This document shows, in pieces, positions 1 to 10,711 of a stretch of DNA of 64,000 bases. Within the stretch, counting starts at the first letter, position 1; each line of letters begins with the position of its first letter. The stretch is from Centroscyllium fabricii (lineage: Eukaryota). The notes below the pieces were generated by a model. It ran no database searches, was not told where the DNA came from, and saw only the letters and a program-made list of their open reading frames with translations. The stretch covers positions 87,792,001 to 87,856,000 of the forward strand of contig JBNRSN020000024.1 in assembly GCA_051313645.2 (NCBI GenBank), read 5' to 3'. The translations under genes were made by a program, and so were the position numbers.

Positions 1-2
1 AA

Positions 3-2762
3 TTGACGGTACAATTAAACACGTATAGGTATGATATTGTGGCCATTACAGAAACATGGCTGCAAGGTGATCAGGACTGGGAGTTAAACATAGAGGGTTA
101 CTTGACAATCAGAAAAGACAGACAGGAAAGAAAAGGAGGTGGGGTGGCCTTTTTAATAAAGGATGGAATAACTGCAATAGAAAGGAAGGATAGTGGGTCA
201 AAGGATCAGGATAGTGAAACAGCTTGGGTACAGATAGAGAATAGTAAGGGGAAAAAAACACTAGTGGGTGTAATCTATAGACCTCCAAATAGTTGTGACT
301 CTGTTGGTCAGAACATAAATCAGCAAATAGTTGAAGCATGTGATAAGGGAACTGCTGTAATCATGGGGGACTTTAACTTTCATATCAACTGGGCAAATCA
401 AACTGGGCAGGGTAGACCAGAGGAAGAGTTTATAGAGTGTATTAGGGATGGGTTCTTAGAACAGTATGTCACTGAACCGACAAGGGGGGAGGCAATCTTG
501 GATCTGGTCCTGTGTAATGAAGCAGGATTACTTAAAAATGTCATAGTTAGGGACCCTCTTGGAACGAGTGACCACAATATGGTTGAATTCCATATTCAAC
601 TAGAGGGGGAGCAGTTTGAAACTCAAACCAGGGTACTTAGTCTAAACAAGGGAGATTATGAAGGTATGAGAACAGAATTGATTAAAGTAGATTGGGATAA
701 CGGACTAAAGAATAAGACGGTACATGAGCAGTGGTGTACTTTTAAGGAGCTAGTGTACAACCTTCAAGAAAAATACATTCCACTGAAGAAAAAAAGGGGT
801 AAAGGAAAGGACAGCCAACCATGGCTAAGTAAAGCAATAAAGGATAGTATTCGGCTAAAGGCAAGGGCATATAAGGTAGCCAGATACAGTGGGAAGACAG
901 AAGATTGGGAAGCATTTAAAAGTCAGCAAAAAATAACAAAGAGATTAATTAAGAAGGGGAAAATAGATTATGAAAGTAATTTAGCGAAAAACATAAAAAC
1001 TAATAGCAAGAGTTTTTATAGTTATATAAAAAGAAAAAGGGTGGCTAAGGTGAATGTTGGTCCATTGGAGGGTGAGACTGGAAATTTGTTGGTGGGGAAC
1101 ATGGAGATGGCAAAAGGATTAAACGAATATTTTGTATCAGTCTTTACCGTAGAAGACATTAAAAATATTCCAACGCTGGATAAACAGGGGGCTATAGGAA
1201 TGGAGGAGCTAAACACTATTAAGATCACTAAGGAGATGGTATTAGGTAAATTAATGGGACTGAAGGTGGATAAATCCCCTGGGCCTGATGGATTACATCC
1301 AAGGGTCTTGAGAGAAATAGCGGTGGGGATTGTGGATGCATTGGTGATAATTTTCCAAAACTCCCTGGAGACAGGAAGGGTCCCGGTGGATTGGAAAATG
1401 GCTAATGTAACACCTATATTTAAAAAGGGAAGTAGACAGAAGGCTGGTAACTATAGACCGGTTAGTCTAACATCTGTGGTGGGTAAAATGTTAGAGACCA
1501 TTATTAAAGAAACACTGACGGGGCACTTGGATAAACATGACTTAATCGGACAGAGTCAGCATGGTTTTACGAAGGGGAAGTCATGTTTAACTAATTTGCT
1601 CGAATTCTTTGAGGAAGTAACATCTCGGGTGGATAAAGGGGAACCGGTGGATGTGGTATACTTGGACTTCCAAAAGGCTTTTGACAAGGTGCCACATAAG
1701 AGACTATTGCTTAAAATAAAAAATTATGGGATTGGGGGAAATATATTAGCATGGGTAGAGGATTGGCTTTCAAATAGGAAGCAGAGAGTTGGGATAAATG
1801 GTTCATACTCGGGATGGCAATCGGTGATTAGCGGTGTTCCGCAGGGGTCGGTGCTGGGACCCCAGTTGTTTACAATCTATATAAATGATTTGGAGGAGGG
1901 GACCAAGTGTAATATATCAAAGTTTGCAGATGACACAAAAATGGGAGGAAAAGCAGGGAGTGAGGAGGACAGAAAAAGCCTGCAAAAGGATATAGATAAG
2001 CTAGGTGATTGGGCAGCAACCTGGCAGATGAAATTTAATACTGACAAATGTGAAGTTATACACTTTGGAAAAAAAAATCATAGGGCAAGTTATTTTCTAA
2101 ATGGGGAGGAGCTGCATTGTAATACAACGCAAAAGGACCTGGGGGTATTAGTGCATGAATCACAAAAAGTTAGTATGCAGGTGCAGCAAGTGATTAGGAA
2201 GGCCAATGGAGTCTTAGCCTTTATTGCTAGGGGGATAGAGTATAAAAACAGGGAGGTCTTGCTGCAGCTGTACACAGTATTGGTGAGACCACATTTGGAA
2301 TACTGTGTGCAGTTTTGGTGTCCATACTTAAGAAAGGATGTACTTGCCCTGGAGGCAGTGCAGAGAAGGTTTACACGGTTAATTCCAGCGATGAGGGGGT
2401 TGACATATGAGGAAAGGTTAAGTAGGTTGGGACTCTACTCTTTAGAGTTCAGAAGAATGAGAGGCGATCTTATTGAAACGTATAAGATCGTGAGGGGCCT
2501 TGATCGGGTGGATGCGCCAAGGATGTTTCCAATGATCGGGGAGACAAGAACTAGGGGGCATAGTCTTAGAATAAGGGGGGGCTCTTTTAAAACTGAGATG
2601 AGGAGAAACTTCTTCACCCAGAGGGTGGTTAATCTATGGAATTCACTGCCCCAGGGAGCTGTGGAAGCGGGAACATTAAATAAATTTAAAACCGAAATAG
2701 ACTGTTTTTTAGCTGACAAGGGAATTAGGGGTTACGGGGAGCGGGCAGGGAAGTGGACCTGA
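3..2762 (+). CDS. CR1 LINE ORF2 (AP endonuclease + reverse transcriptase), uninterrupted, start cut by the window edge
   Basis: 919-aa open frame with APE motifs (ITETW, YRPP, GDFN, LDLVL, SDH) and RT motifs (QHGF, YLDFQKAFDKV, GVPQGSVLGP, FADD); CR1-type C-terminus (RPHLEYCVQFW, FFTQRVVNLWN). Confidence 0.95.
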   Translation: MTVQLNTYRYDIVAITETWLQGDQDWELNIEGYLTIRKDRQERKGGGVAFLIKDGITAIERKDSGSKDQDSETAWVQIENSKGKKTLVGVIYRPPNSCDSVGQNINQQIVEACDKGTAVIMGDFNFHINWANQTGQGRPEEEFIECIRDGFLEQYVTEPTRGEAILDLVLCNEAGLLKNVIVRDPLGTSDHNMVEFHIQLEGEQFETQTRVLSLNKGDYEGMRTELIKVDWDNGLKNKTVHEQWCTFKELVYNLQEKYIPLKKKRGKGKDSQPWLSKAIKDSIRLKARAYKVARYSGKTEDWEAFKSQQKITKRLIKKGKIDYESNLAKNIKTNSKSFYSYIKRKRVAKVNVGPLEGETGNLLVGNMEMAKGLNEYFVSVFTVEDIKNIPTLDKQGAIGMEELNTIKITKEMVLGKLMGLKVDKSPGPDGLHPRVLREIAVGIVDALVIIFQNSLETGRVPVDWKMANVTPIFKKGSRQKAGNYRPVSLTSVVGKMLETIIKETLTGHLDKHDLIGQSQHGFTKGKSCLTNLLEFFEEVTSRVDKGEPVDVVYLDFQKAFDKVPHKRLLLKIKNYGIGGNILAWVEDWLSNRKQRVGINGSYSGWQSVISGVPQGSVLGPQLFTIYINDLEEGTKCNISKFADDTKMGGKAGSEEDRKSLQKDIDKLGDWAATWQMKFNTDKCEVIHFGKKNHRASYFLNGEELHCNTTQKDLGVLVHESQKVSMQVQQVIRKANGVLAFIARGIEYKNREVLLQLYTVLVRPHLEYCVQFWCPYLRKDVLALEAVQRRFTRLIPAMRGLTYEERLSRLGLYSLEFRRMRGDLIETYKIVRGLDRVDAPRMFPMIGETRTRGHSLRIRGGSFKTEMRRNFFTQRVVNLWNSLPQGAVEAGTLNKFKTEIDCFLADKGIRGYGERAGKWT

Positions 2763-2788
2763 GTTATGGTTAGTATAGTAAGACCTGA

Positions 2789-2907
2789 GTGATCTCCTGG
2801 ACAAGTTTCGATCGCCTGGATTGGGGTCGGAGAGGAATTTCCCGGATTTATTTTCCCAAATTGGACCTGGGTTTTTATCCGGTTTTTCGCCTCTCCCAGG
2901 AGATCAC
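2789..2907 (+). ncRNA. Candidate structured cis-RNA element in CR1 3' UTR (copy 1)
   Basis: 12-bp closing helix GTGATCTCCTGG/CCAGGAGATCAC, nested helices GGAGAGG/CCTCTCC and CCGGAT/ATCCGG, U-rich internal loops; covaries with the copy at 39472-39599. Confidence 0.6.
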
Positions 2908-3452
2908 ACGGTTCTTTGGGTGGGAGAAGGGTGATAGTGGTACGAAGGTTAGGGTAGGATCAGCAACGATCTTGATGGGGAGGGGGCGGGCTCGGGGGGC
3001 CGATTGGCCTACTCCAGCTCCTATTTCTGGGGTTCTAGTGTTCTTGTGTTCCTGTGTTCTTGTGTCTTCTGTTCTTGTGCTATTGTGTTGTGTTCTTGTG
3101 TTCAGCCATGAACGTATTGAGTGGCGGTGCGGGCTCGACGGACCGAGTGGTCTACTCCTGCACCTATTTTCTATGTTTCTATAACTAGGGCAGTAGACAA
3201 GGCTTTATACTAATAAAGGGAGGGGGGGGGGCGTTGGTGGGAGGATTCAAGAAAGAGTAAATTTAAAAGCAGCGAGAGAAATGTCAAGGCTCTAGAGCAG
3301 AACAGAGGTTTGGGTAAAAATAAGCAGAGTGGATCAGGAAGGAACAGAGAGAGTAACAAAGGTAATAGGGGATCCGTGACTACGGTGACATCCGGGAAAA
3401 ATAGAAAAAAGGTTGTAACTAACAGAATAGATAAGGGGGAACCAGAGGATGT

Positions 3453-3714
3453 TGATGCACGATCAACTACAGCTAATCAACAGAATTAGGTAATCAAGGC
3501 TTTTATTAACAAAAGAACTGAAGTACAGGTCTCAACATTATCTGGTTCCGGAATGTCAGGGGTCAGCAGGGCTGCCACCTTTATACCACAGCCTGTGGGT
3601 GGAGCCTGGGGGCGGAGCCAGCAGAGACATCCCAGGTAGATACAGTGGGACAAGAGGTAACTATATACAGCACAGTATAACAGTGATGGTAAACAGTATT
3701 ACAGGTTTACCACA
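3453..3714 (-). mobile_element. Gypsy-type solo LTR
   Basis: TG...CA ends; 5-bp TSD GATGT (3448-3452, 3715-3719); shares TGTGGTAA start, TATAAA and AATAAAAGCC with the LTRs of the full elements. Confidence 0.8.
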
Positions 3715-4448
3715 GATGTGTATTTGGACTTTCAGAAGACATTCGATAAGGTGCCACACAAGAGGTTATTAAACAAAATTAGGGCTCATGGGATTGGGGG
3801 TAATCTGGATTGAGGATTGGTTAATGGACAGAAAACAGAGAGTAGGAATAAATGGGTCATTTTTGGGTTGGCAGGCTGTAACTAGTGGGGTACCGCAAGG
3901 ATCAGTGCTTGGGCCTCAGCTATTCACAATCTACATCAATGATTTGGATGAGGGGACCAAATGTAATGTATCCAAGTTTGCTGATGATACAAAGCTGGGT
4001 GGGAATGTAAGTTGTGAGGAGGATGCAAGGAGGCTTCAAGGCGATATAGACAGGCTCAGTGAGTGGGCAAGAACATGGCAAATGGAATATAATGTGGAGA
4101 AATGTGAAGTTATCCACTTTCGTAGGAAAAATAGAAAATCAGAGTATTTTTTAAATGGTGAGAGATTGGGAAATGTTGGTGTTCAGAGGGACCTGGATGT
4201 CCTTGTACACAAATCACTGAAAGTTAACATGCAGGTACAGCAAGCAATTAGGAAAGCAAATGGTATGTTGGCCTTTATTACAAGAGGATTTGAGTATAAG
4301 AGTAAAGACGTCTTACTGCAATTATATAGGGCCCTGGTGAGACCACACCTGGAGTACTGTGTACAGTTTTGGTCTCCTTACCTATGGAAGGATATACTTG
4401 CCATAGAGGGAGTGCAACAAAGGTTCACCAGACTGATTCCTGGGATCT

Positions 4449-4585
4449 CACACACATACTCATGGGCAATTTTTTTTTAGTATCTCCAATTCACCTAACC
4501 TGCATGTCTTTGGGTGGTGGGAGGAAACCGGAGTACCCGGAGGAAACCCACACGAACACGGGGGAGAACATGCAAACTCCCGCAG
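4449..4585 (-). mobile_element. V-SINE core fragment inserted in CR1
   Basis: Reverse complement of the V-domain (GGGAGGAAACCGGAGTACCCGGAGGAAACCCAC) breaks the CR1 frame at IPG|MSYEERL. Confidence 0.7.
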
Positions 4586-5568
4586 ATGTCCTATGAGGAG
4601 AGATTGAATAGACTAGGCCTATATTCTCTGGAGTTCAGAAGAATGAGAGGTGATCTCATTGAAACATACAAAATTCTTACTGGACTTGACAGGGTAGATG
4701 CAGGAAGAATGTTCCCCCTGGCTGGGGAGTCTAGAACCAGGGGTCACAGTCTCAGAATAAGGGGTCGGCCATTTAGGACCGAGATGAGGAGGAATTTCTT
4801 CACTCCGAGGGTGGTGAATCTTTGGAATTCTCTACCCCAGAGGGCGGTGGAGGCTCAGTCATTGAGAATATTCAAGACAGAGATCGATAGATTATTGGAT
4901 ATTAAGGGAATCGAGGGATATGGGGATAGTTCAGAAAAGTGGAGATGAGGTCAAAGGTCAGCCATGATCTTATTGAATGGCGGAGCAGGCTCGGGGGGGC
5001 CGTGTGGCGGAGCAGGTTCGAGGGGCCGAATGGCTGACTCCTGCTCCTATTTCTTATGTTCTTATGATATGTTGATGGGGTTAGATGAAGATTGGTGGGA
5101 GGAGGCTGGTGTGGAGCATGGACCAGTTGGGCCGAATGGCCTGTTGCTGTGCTGTAAATACTATGTAATACTTTCAATCTTCTATTGTGAGAGGGTGGAA
5201 GGCACTACCCCAGAAGGCCACAGTTACAAAATTAATTGAGGTGTTTAAAAGCAAGAGAAGAGAGATACTTACCTTGAGAAGTAATGAGGTAATGGTATGG
5301 AGAAAAGGTGGGGAATTAAGATTTAAAAATGGCATGGGCTTCCAAAATAGCCGAATGGTCTACTCCTAATCCCCTGAGAGTTCGCCTTGCAGGTGGGTCT
5401 ATCCCAGCCTCCTTAGAGGCAAGGAAGACCTCTATTAAAACTCAAACCAGCCAGGTGTGGGCTGTGGAGAAAGAACGGTTAGCACAGGGAAAAGGAGAGG
5501 AAGGGAGAGGTGAAGGAAGGCAGGACCACTGCCTCCCGAGCGGTTTGTCATCTTGATTTTTATTCCAG

Positions 5569-5710
5569 AGCCGGGAGCAGGACGTTGCTAGGATCGTGTC
5601 CGCCCTTCACCGCTGTGTTGCTGCGCTGCCCAGAGAACGTCTCCGCCGGGTGGGCAGGATTGGCGTCTCGGGACAGATGCACGGAGTCATGCTGTGGAAA
5701 AGCAAGGAAG
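5569..5710 (+). CDS. SHPK: Sedoheptulokinase exon 2
   Basis: ttccAG acceptor, GTaact donor; encodes SREQDVARIVSALHRCVAALPRERLRRVGRIGVSGQMHGVMLWKSKEG with the FGGY-kinase GVSGQMHG motif; 142 nt. Confidence 0.95.
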
Positions 5711-5954
5711 GTAACTGCAGGAAGGCGGCAGAGGCGGGAGTCTGCCCGCTGCTTGTTACTCATTGGAGTCCAGCATGGACGCAGAACTCAGCACAGTGCA
5801 GAGGGAGCGCAGGTAACTGCGGCCTCCAGGTCAACCTGCAGGAAATTTAGACAAATGTTTAGAACCATCTGTATAATCCTTTTCTAATTTGCTAGCAGAT
5901 CTTTCTTGCCCATGCTCGTGGTTACTCTTAGAATTAGAATAAAGAAAGAAAGAA

Positions 5955-6275
5955 ATTTGTGCACAGCAATCTCCTATAGACAGCAGTGACCAGATCATCA
6001 GTACTTTAGGTGTTTGAGGGATAGATATTGGCCCCAGGACACCGGGGAGAACTCCCCTGCTCTTCTTCGAAATAGTGCCATGGGATTTTTTACACCCACC
6101 TGAGAGAGCAGATGGGACCTCAGTTTAATGTCTCATCTGAAAGATGGCACCTCCAACAGTGCAGCACTCCCTCAACACTGCACTGAAGAGCCAACCGATT
6201 TTGTGCTCAGGTCTCTGGAGTGGTTCTTGAACCCACGACCTTCTGACTCAGAGGTGAGAGTGCTACCCACTGAGG
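5955..6275 (-). mobile_element. tRNA-derived Deu-domain SINE (SacSINE1-like)
   Basis: Reverse complement of the tRNA-like head (CTCAGTGGGTAGCAC...GGTTCAAG) and central domain seen at 25871-26310. Confidence 0.7.
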
Positions 6276-6349
6276 TAAGGCTGGGTCTGTTTGAGTTCGC
6301 TGAGGGGAGACACGGGTTATATATTTTCTCTGTTCCCCCCCTGTTTTAG

Positions 6350-6533
6350 GTTGTATATGGCAGAGGACTGAAGCAGGTTTCACATTCCAGCCCGGGGAGA
6401 CTAGTCACCTGATCACATGGCAAGATGGCCGCTGCAGCCTCGAATTCCTCGCTTCACTCGCAGAGCCCGATTCCCATCTTAATCTTGCCAGCGGCTTTGG
6501 CTGTGCCACCATTTTCTGGTACATGAGAAACAG
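6350..6533 (+). CDS. SHPK: Sedoheptulokinase exon 3
   Basis: ttttAG acceptor, GTagac donor; encodes CIWQRTEAGFTFQPGETSHLITWQDGRCSLEFLASLAEPDSHLNLASGFGCATIFWYMRN; 184 nt; phase fits exon 2. Not in the ORF track. Confidence 0.95.
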
Positions 6534-6769
6534 GTAGACATCTCCAAACTTCTTTTCAAACACGACAGGTGACAAAAACGTTACGGCAGCTTTTATAAAG
6601 TTGAAGGGGTGCTCCTGATATTTTGCTCAATCGAGAAAGATCTAAATGAACATTAATAAGATGGGGCTGGGGAACACAGTGGGTCAGATACTGTCCTGTC
6701 ATCACTGACCCAGAATTTGAAACCAGGCCAACCTGGGGGCGAAACACTCTGAGAAGTATTTTAGTATGT

Positions 6770-7110
6770 GTATTCCCTGGAGTTTAGAAGTTTAAGGGCT
6801 GATTTGATCTAGGTTTTCAAAACATTATGGGGAACTGATAGAGAAACTATTTCCGCTGGTTGGGGATTCTGGGACTAAGGGATAAAACCTAAAAATTGGA
6901 GCCAGGCCTTTCAGGAGTAATGTTAGGGAACACTTCTCCACACAAAGGGTGGTAGAAGTTTGGAACTCTTTTCCGCAGACGGCAGTTGATGCTAAATCAA
7001 TTGCTAATTTTAAATTGGAAATTGATAGACCTTTGTTAACCAGAGGTATTAAGGGACGTGGGCCAAAGGCGGGTAGATGGAGTTAGGTCACAGATCAGCC
7101 ATGATCTCAT
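6770..7110 (+). mobile_element. CR1 3' fragment
   Basis: YSLEFRSLR...-type coding remnant and GATCAGCCATGATCTCATTGA end. Confidence 0.75.
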
Positions 7111-8031
7111 TGATATGTGAAGAGAAAAAGATTGGTGAAGTCAAGCGTAGGTCCCTTGCAGTCAGAATCAGGGGAATTTATGGGGAACAAAGAAATGGCA
7201 GACCAATTAAATACATATTTTGGTTCTGTCTTCACAAAGGAGGACACAAATAACCTCCCAGAGATGTCGGGGAACATAGGGTCTAATGAGAGGGAGGAAT
7301 TGAAAGAAATCAGTATTTGTAGGGAAATGGTGTTAGCGAAATTGACGGGATTGTTGGCCGATAAATCCCCAGGGCCGGATAATCTACATCCTAGGGTACT
7401 TAAGGAAGTGGCCCTAGAAATAGTAGATGCATTGCTGGTCAGCTTCCAAAATTCGCAGGGTGCTACAAAAATTTTTTTTTCATTTGCCCAGTCGGCCAAG
7501 TGGATTTCTAAAACACTTGCCCGAACACAAATTTCACTTGCCTGAAATTTTTAAAGAAATAAATAAAGATTTTACATTTTTATTAAAATGCTTCAATATA
7601 AAGCCATAGATTGTGATTGTGCCTTTAGTTGCATTAGCCCGGTTTCTGCCCCTCTCTGCCAGGGTGTCTCTCTCTCTCTCTCTCTACTCTGAACATTCTT
7701 CCCTCATTTACCAACCTTTCTATGAAGCCTCCACAGGCCACGGGCTCCCTCACGCTCTCTCCCCGCCTACCTTCATCCAGCAGCCACTCGGGTTTTTCTC
7801 TCCCCCTCAGCGGGTCGACGGCACTGACCGACTCTTGCTGCGCACCACCAGCCCGCTCCACCTGACCCGACTGCTGCCCTGTCCCCTGATTGAGACACCG
7901 CCTCCTCCAATCCCCACCGCACCCCCTGGCCCCCCCCCCTCCCCCCGGCCAATCTGCACCCGCCTCCAGGGCAGGATCCAACCACCCGTGCCCTTGATCA
8001 TCGAGCGGGCAAGCGGTTTTGTCGCGCCCTG

Positions 8032-8388
8032 GTCTGTCCCAGGATTTGGTCTCTGGGTGTCAGTGTCCCTGGATTTGGTCTCTGGGTGTCAGTGTCCCTG
8101 GATTTGGTCTCTGGGTGTCAGTGTCCCTGGATTCGGTCTCTGGGTGTCAGTGTCCCTGGATTCGGTCTCTGGGTCCCAGTGTCCCTGGATTCGGTCTCTG
8201 GGTCCCAGTGTCCCTGGATTCAGTCTCTGGGTGTCAGTGTCCCTGGATTCGGTCTCTGGGTGTCAGTGTCCCTGGATTTGGTCTCTGGGTGTCAGTGTCC
8301 CTGGATTCGGTCTCTGGGTGTCAGTGTCCCTGGATTCGGTCTCTGGGTGTCAGTGTCCCTGGATTTGGTCTCTGGGTGTCAGTGTCCC
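8032..8388. repeat. 29-bp minisatellite, about 12 copies
   Basis: Unit GGATT(T/C)GGTCTCTGGGTGTCAGTGTCCCT. Confidence 0.95.
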
Positions 8389-8561
8389 CGAGAGGAAGCT
8401 CGCTGTCACCTCATCCCAGTCCCTTCAGTCACCATCTGTTCATCTTTTTCTCAGTTCTTTCTTTTTTGCAGCCTTTGTGGTTTTCTCCTTTTAATGAGGT
8501 GAGGGCCGGTAGGGTGTGGTGGTTGTCGGGGGTGGGGGGTGGGGGGGAACGAGGCGGGGCT

Positions 8562-8660
8562 TCTATATTTCTCTCCACCGACGCTGCCTGGCCTGCTGAG
8601 TTTTTCCAGCATTTTCTGTTGTTATTTCGGATTTCCAGCATCTGCAGTATTTTGCTATTG
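8562..8660 (+). mobile_element. Penelope-like element 3' end fragment
   Basis: CTCTCCACCGACGCTGCCTGGCCTGCTGAG...CCAGCATTTTCTG matches, in reverse complement, the sequence next to the hammerheads at 16652-16753 and 40005-40110. Confidence 0.6.
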
Positions 8661-10476
8661 CCCTCGCTTTCCTGCTCGGTTCACTGAGGTGTTGCAGCGT
8701 CAGGCGGCCGGCCGGCCGGAGCGAGCTATGATTGGCTGAGCATGGGGAGGGGGCGGGGCGCAGCGCTTCAAACCCACCAATCGCCGGAGCGCGAGAAAAC
8801 TGCCGGGCTGTGATTTGCTGAGCTCGGGCGGGGCAGAGTTCAAAACCCATCGGCCGAAGTGCACCCGGCCCCCCGGCCAATCTGCACCCGCCTCCAGGGC
8901 GGGATCCACCCACCCGTTCCCATGTCCTCGATCATCGATGTGATCGCACTTGTCCTGCGGCGCATTTTGCTCGCTCCGGGCAAGCGGTTTTGTCGCGCCC
9001 TGATTCAATAGACTCTGGAACAGTACCCATGGATTGGAGGGTACCTAATGTTACTCCATTATTCAAAAAAGGTGGTAGAGAGAAAATGGGGAATTATAGA
9101 CCAGTAAGCCTGACATCAGTAGTGGGGAAAATGCTAGAGCCCATTATAAAAGATGTAATAGCAGAGCACTTGGAAAACAGTGACCGGATCGGACAGAGTC
9201 AACATGGATTTACAAAAGGTAAATCGTGCTTGACTAATCTACTGGAATTTTTTGAGGATGTAACTGGTAAAATAGATAAGGGAGAACCAGTGGATGTGGT
9301 GTATTTGGACTTTCAAAAGGCGTTCGATAAGGTCCCGCATAAGAGATTAGCGTGTAAAGTTAAGGCAAATGGGATTGGGGCAAGGTATTGACTTGGAAAG
9401 AGAACTGGTTGGCAGACAGAAAGCAAAGACTTGGAATAAACGTTTTCTTCTGAGTGGCAGGCAGTGACTAGTGGGGTACTGCAGGGATCGGTCCTTGGAC
9501 TCCAGCTATTCACAATATATATTAATGATCTAGATTATGTAATATCTCCAAGTTTGCAGACGACACAAAGCTGGGTGGGCGTGTGTGCTGTGAGGAGGAT
9601 GCAGAGAAACTCCAGTATGATTTGGACAGGTTGGGTGATTGGGCAGATGTATGGCAGATGCAATATAATGTGGATAAATGCGAGGTTACCCACTTTGGTG
9701 TAAAAAAATAGGAAGGCAGATTATTATCTGAATGGCAATAGATTGGGAGAAGGGGAAGTGCAACGAGACCTGGGTGTCCTTGTGCACCAGTCGCTGAAGG
9801 TGAGCATGCAGGTGCAGCAGGCGGTTAAGAAGGCAAATGGTATGTTGGCCTTCGTAGCGAGAGGGTTTGAGTACAGGAACAAGGATGTCTTGCTGCAGTT
9901 GTACAGGGCCTTAGTGAGACCACACCTTGAGTATTGTGTACAGTTCTGGTCACTTTATCTAAGGAAGGATGTTCTTGCCATGGAGGGAGTGCAGCGAAGA
10001 TTCACCAGGCTGATACCTGGGATGGCAGGAATGACGTATGAGGAGAGATTGGGTCGATTGGGCTTATACTCGCTGGAGTTTAGAAGAATGAGAGGGGATC
10101 TTGTTGAAACTTATAAAATTCTAAAAGGACTGGACAGACTGGATGCAGGAAGGATGTTCCCGATGGTCGGGGAGTCCAGAGCCAGGGGTCACAGTCTAAG
10201 GATAAGGAGTAAGCCATTTAGGACAGAAATGAGGAATTTCTTCACCCAGAGAGTGGTGAACCTGTGGAATTCTCTACCACAGAAGGCCGTAGAGGCCAAT
10301 TCATTAAATATATTCAAGAAGGAGTTAGCTATATTTCTTAAGGCTAAAGGGATCAAGGGATATGGGGAGAAAGCAGGGACAGGGTACTGAGTTTAGATGA
10401 TCAGCCATGATCTCATTGAATGGTGGAGCAGGCTCGAGGGGCCGAATGGCCGACTCCTGCTCCTATCTTCTATGCT

Positions 10477-10711
10477 ACAGAGCAATTTGCACCCGCACGA
10501 CTAGATTTCAGAACAGCTTCTTCCCCAGGGCTGTCAGCCTCCTGAACTCTAAAAAGAAACTCCGGTACCTGCACGCCTGATAATGTACTCGACTGTATGC
10601 AATTTGCATGTAATTTATTTATTTTATTTGCACTACTCTCGGGAGAGTCGAGTCTTCGTCTCGTTGTATTGTACTAGTACTCTGCAATGACAATAAAACT
10701 TGAATTGAATT
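10477..10711 (+). mobile_element. Rex1/Babar-like LINE 3' end
   Basis: RAICTRTTRFQNSFFPRAVSLLNS C-terminus, AATAAA and (TTGAA)n tail; near-identical to the inverted copy at 11800-12060. Confidence 0.7.

Larger units (their letters stand above)
1..3183 (+). mobile_element. CR1 LINE with 3' UTR, in SHPK intron 1
   Basis: ORF2 followed by a 3' UTR with two successive terminal stem-loop-type segments (about 2958-3030 and 3102-3170) and a TTCTATGT-type tail. Confidence 0.9.
3415..5065 (+). mobile_element. 5'-truncated CR1, interrupted by a solo LTR and a SINE fragment
   Basis: RT-domain ORF pieces 3788-4480 and 4514-4948; CR1 3' end near 4960-5065. Confidence 0.85.
7456..9002. mobile_element. 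Non-autonomous TIR DNA transposon (hAT-like, 5-bp TSD), composite
   Basis: TIRs CAGGGTGCTACAAAA / TTTTGTCGCGCCCTG; flanks ATTCG / ATTCA; a second right end lies inside at 8017-8031. Confidence 0.7.
7112..10476 (+). mobile_element. Truncated CR1 split by a DNA transposon
   Basis: ORF2 pieces 7117-7455, 9003-9391 and 9743-10390; frame continues FQNS|IDSGTVP across the 7456-9002 insert. Confidence 0.85.

Noticed and set aside
1-16. AATTGACGGTACAATT hairpin resembling the Gypsy LTR-end motif
   Set aside because: It lies in the CR1 ORF2 reading frame; most likely chance.
5070-5568. SHPK exon 1
   Set aside because: No GIDLGTT-type motif found; exon 1 is probably upstream of the window.
7613-8687. 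293-aa and 222-aa ORFs
   Set aside because: Derived from the 29-bp minisatellite and GC-rich transposon interior.
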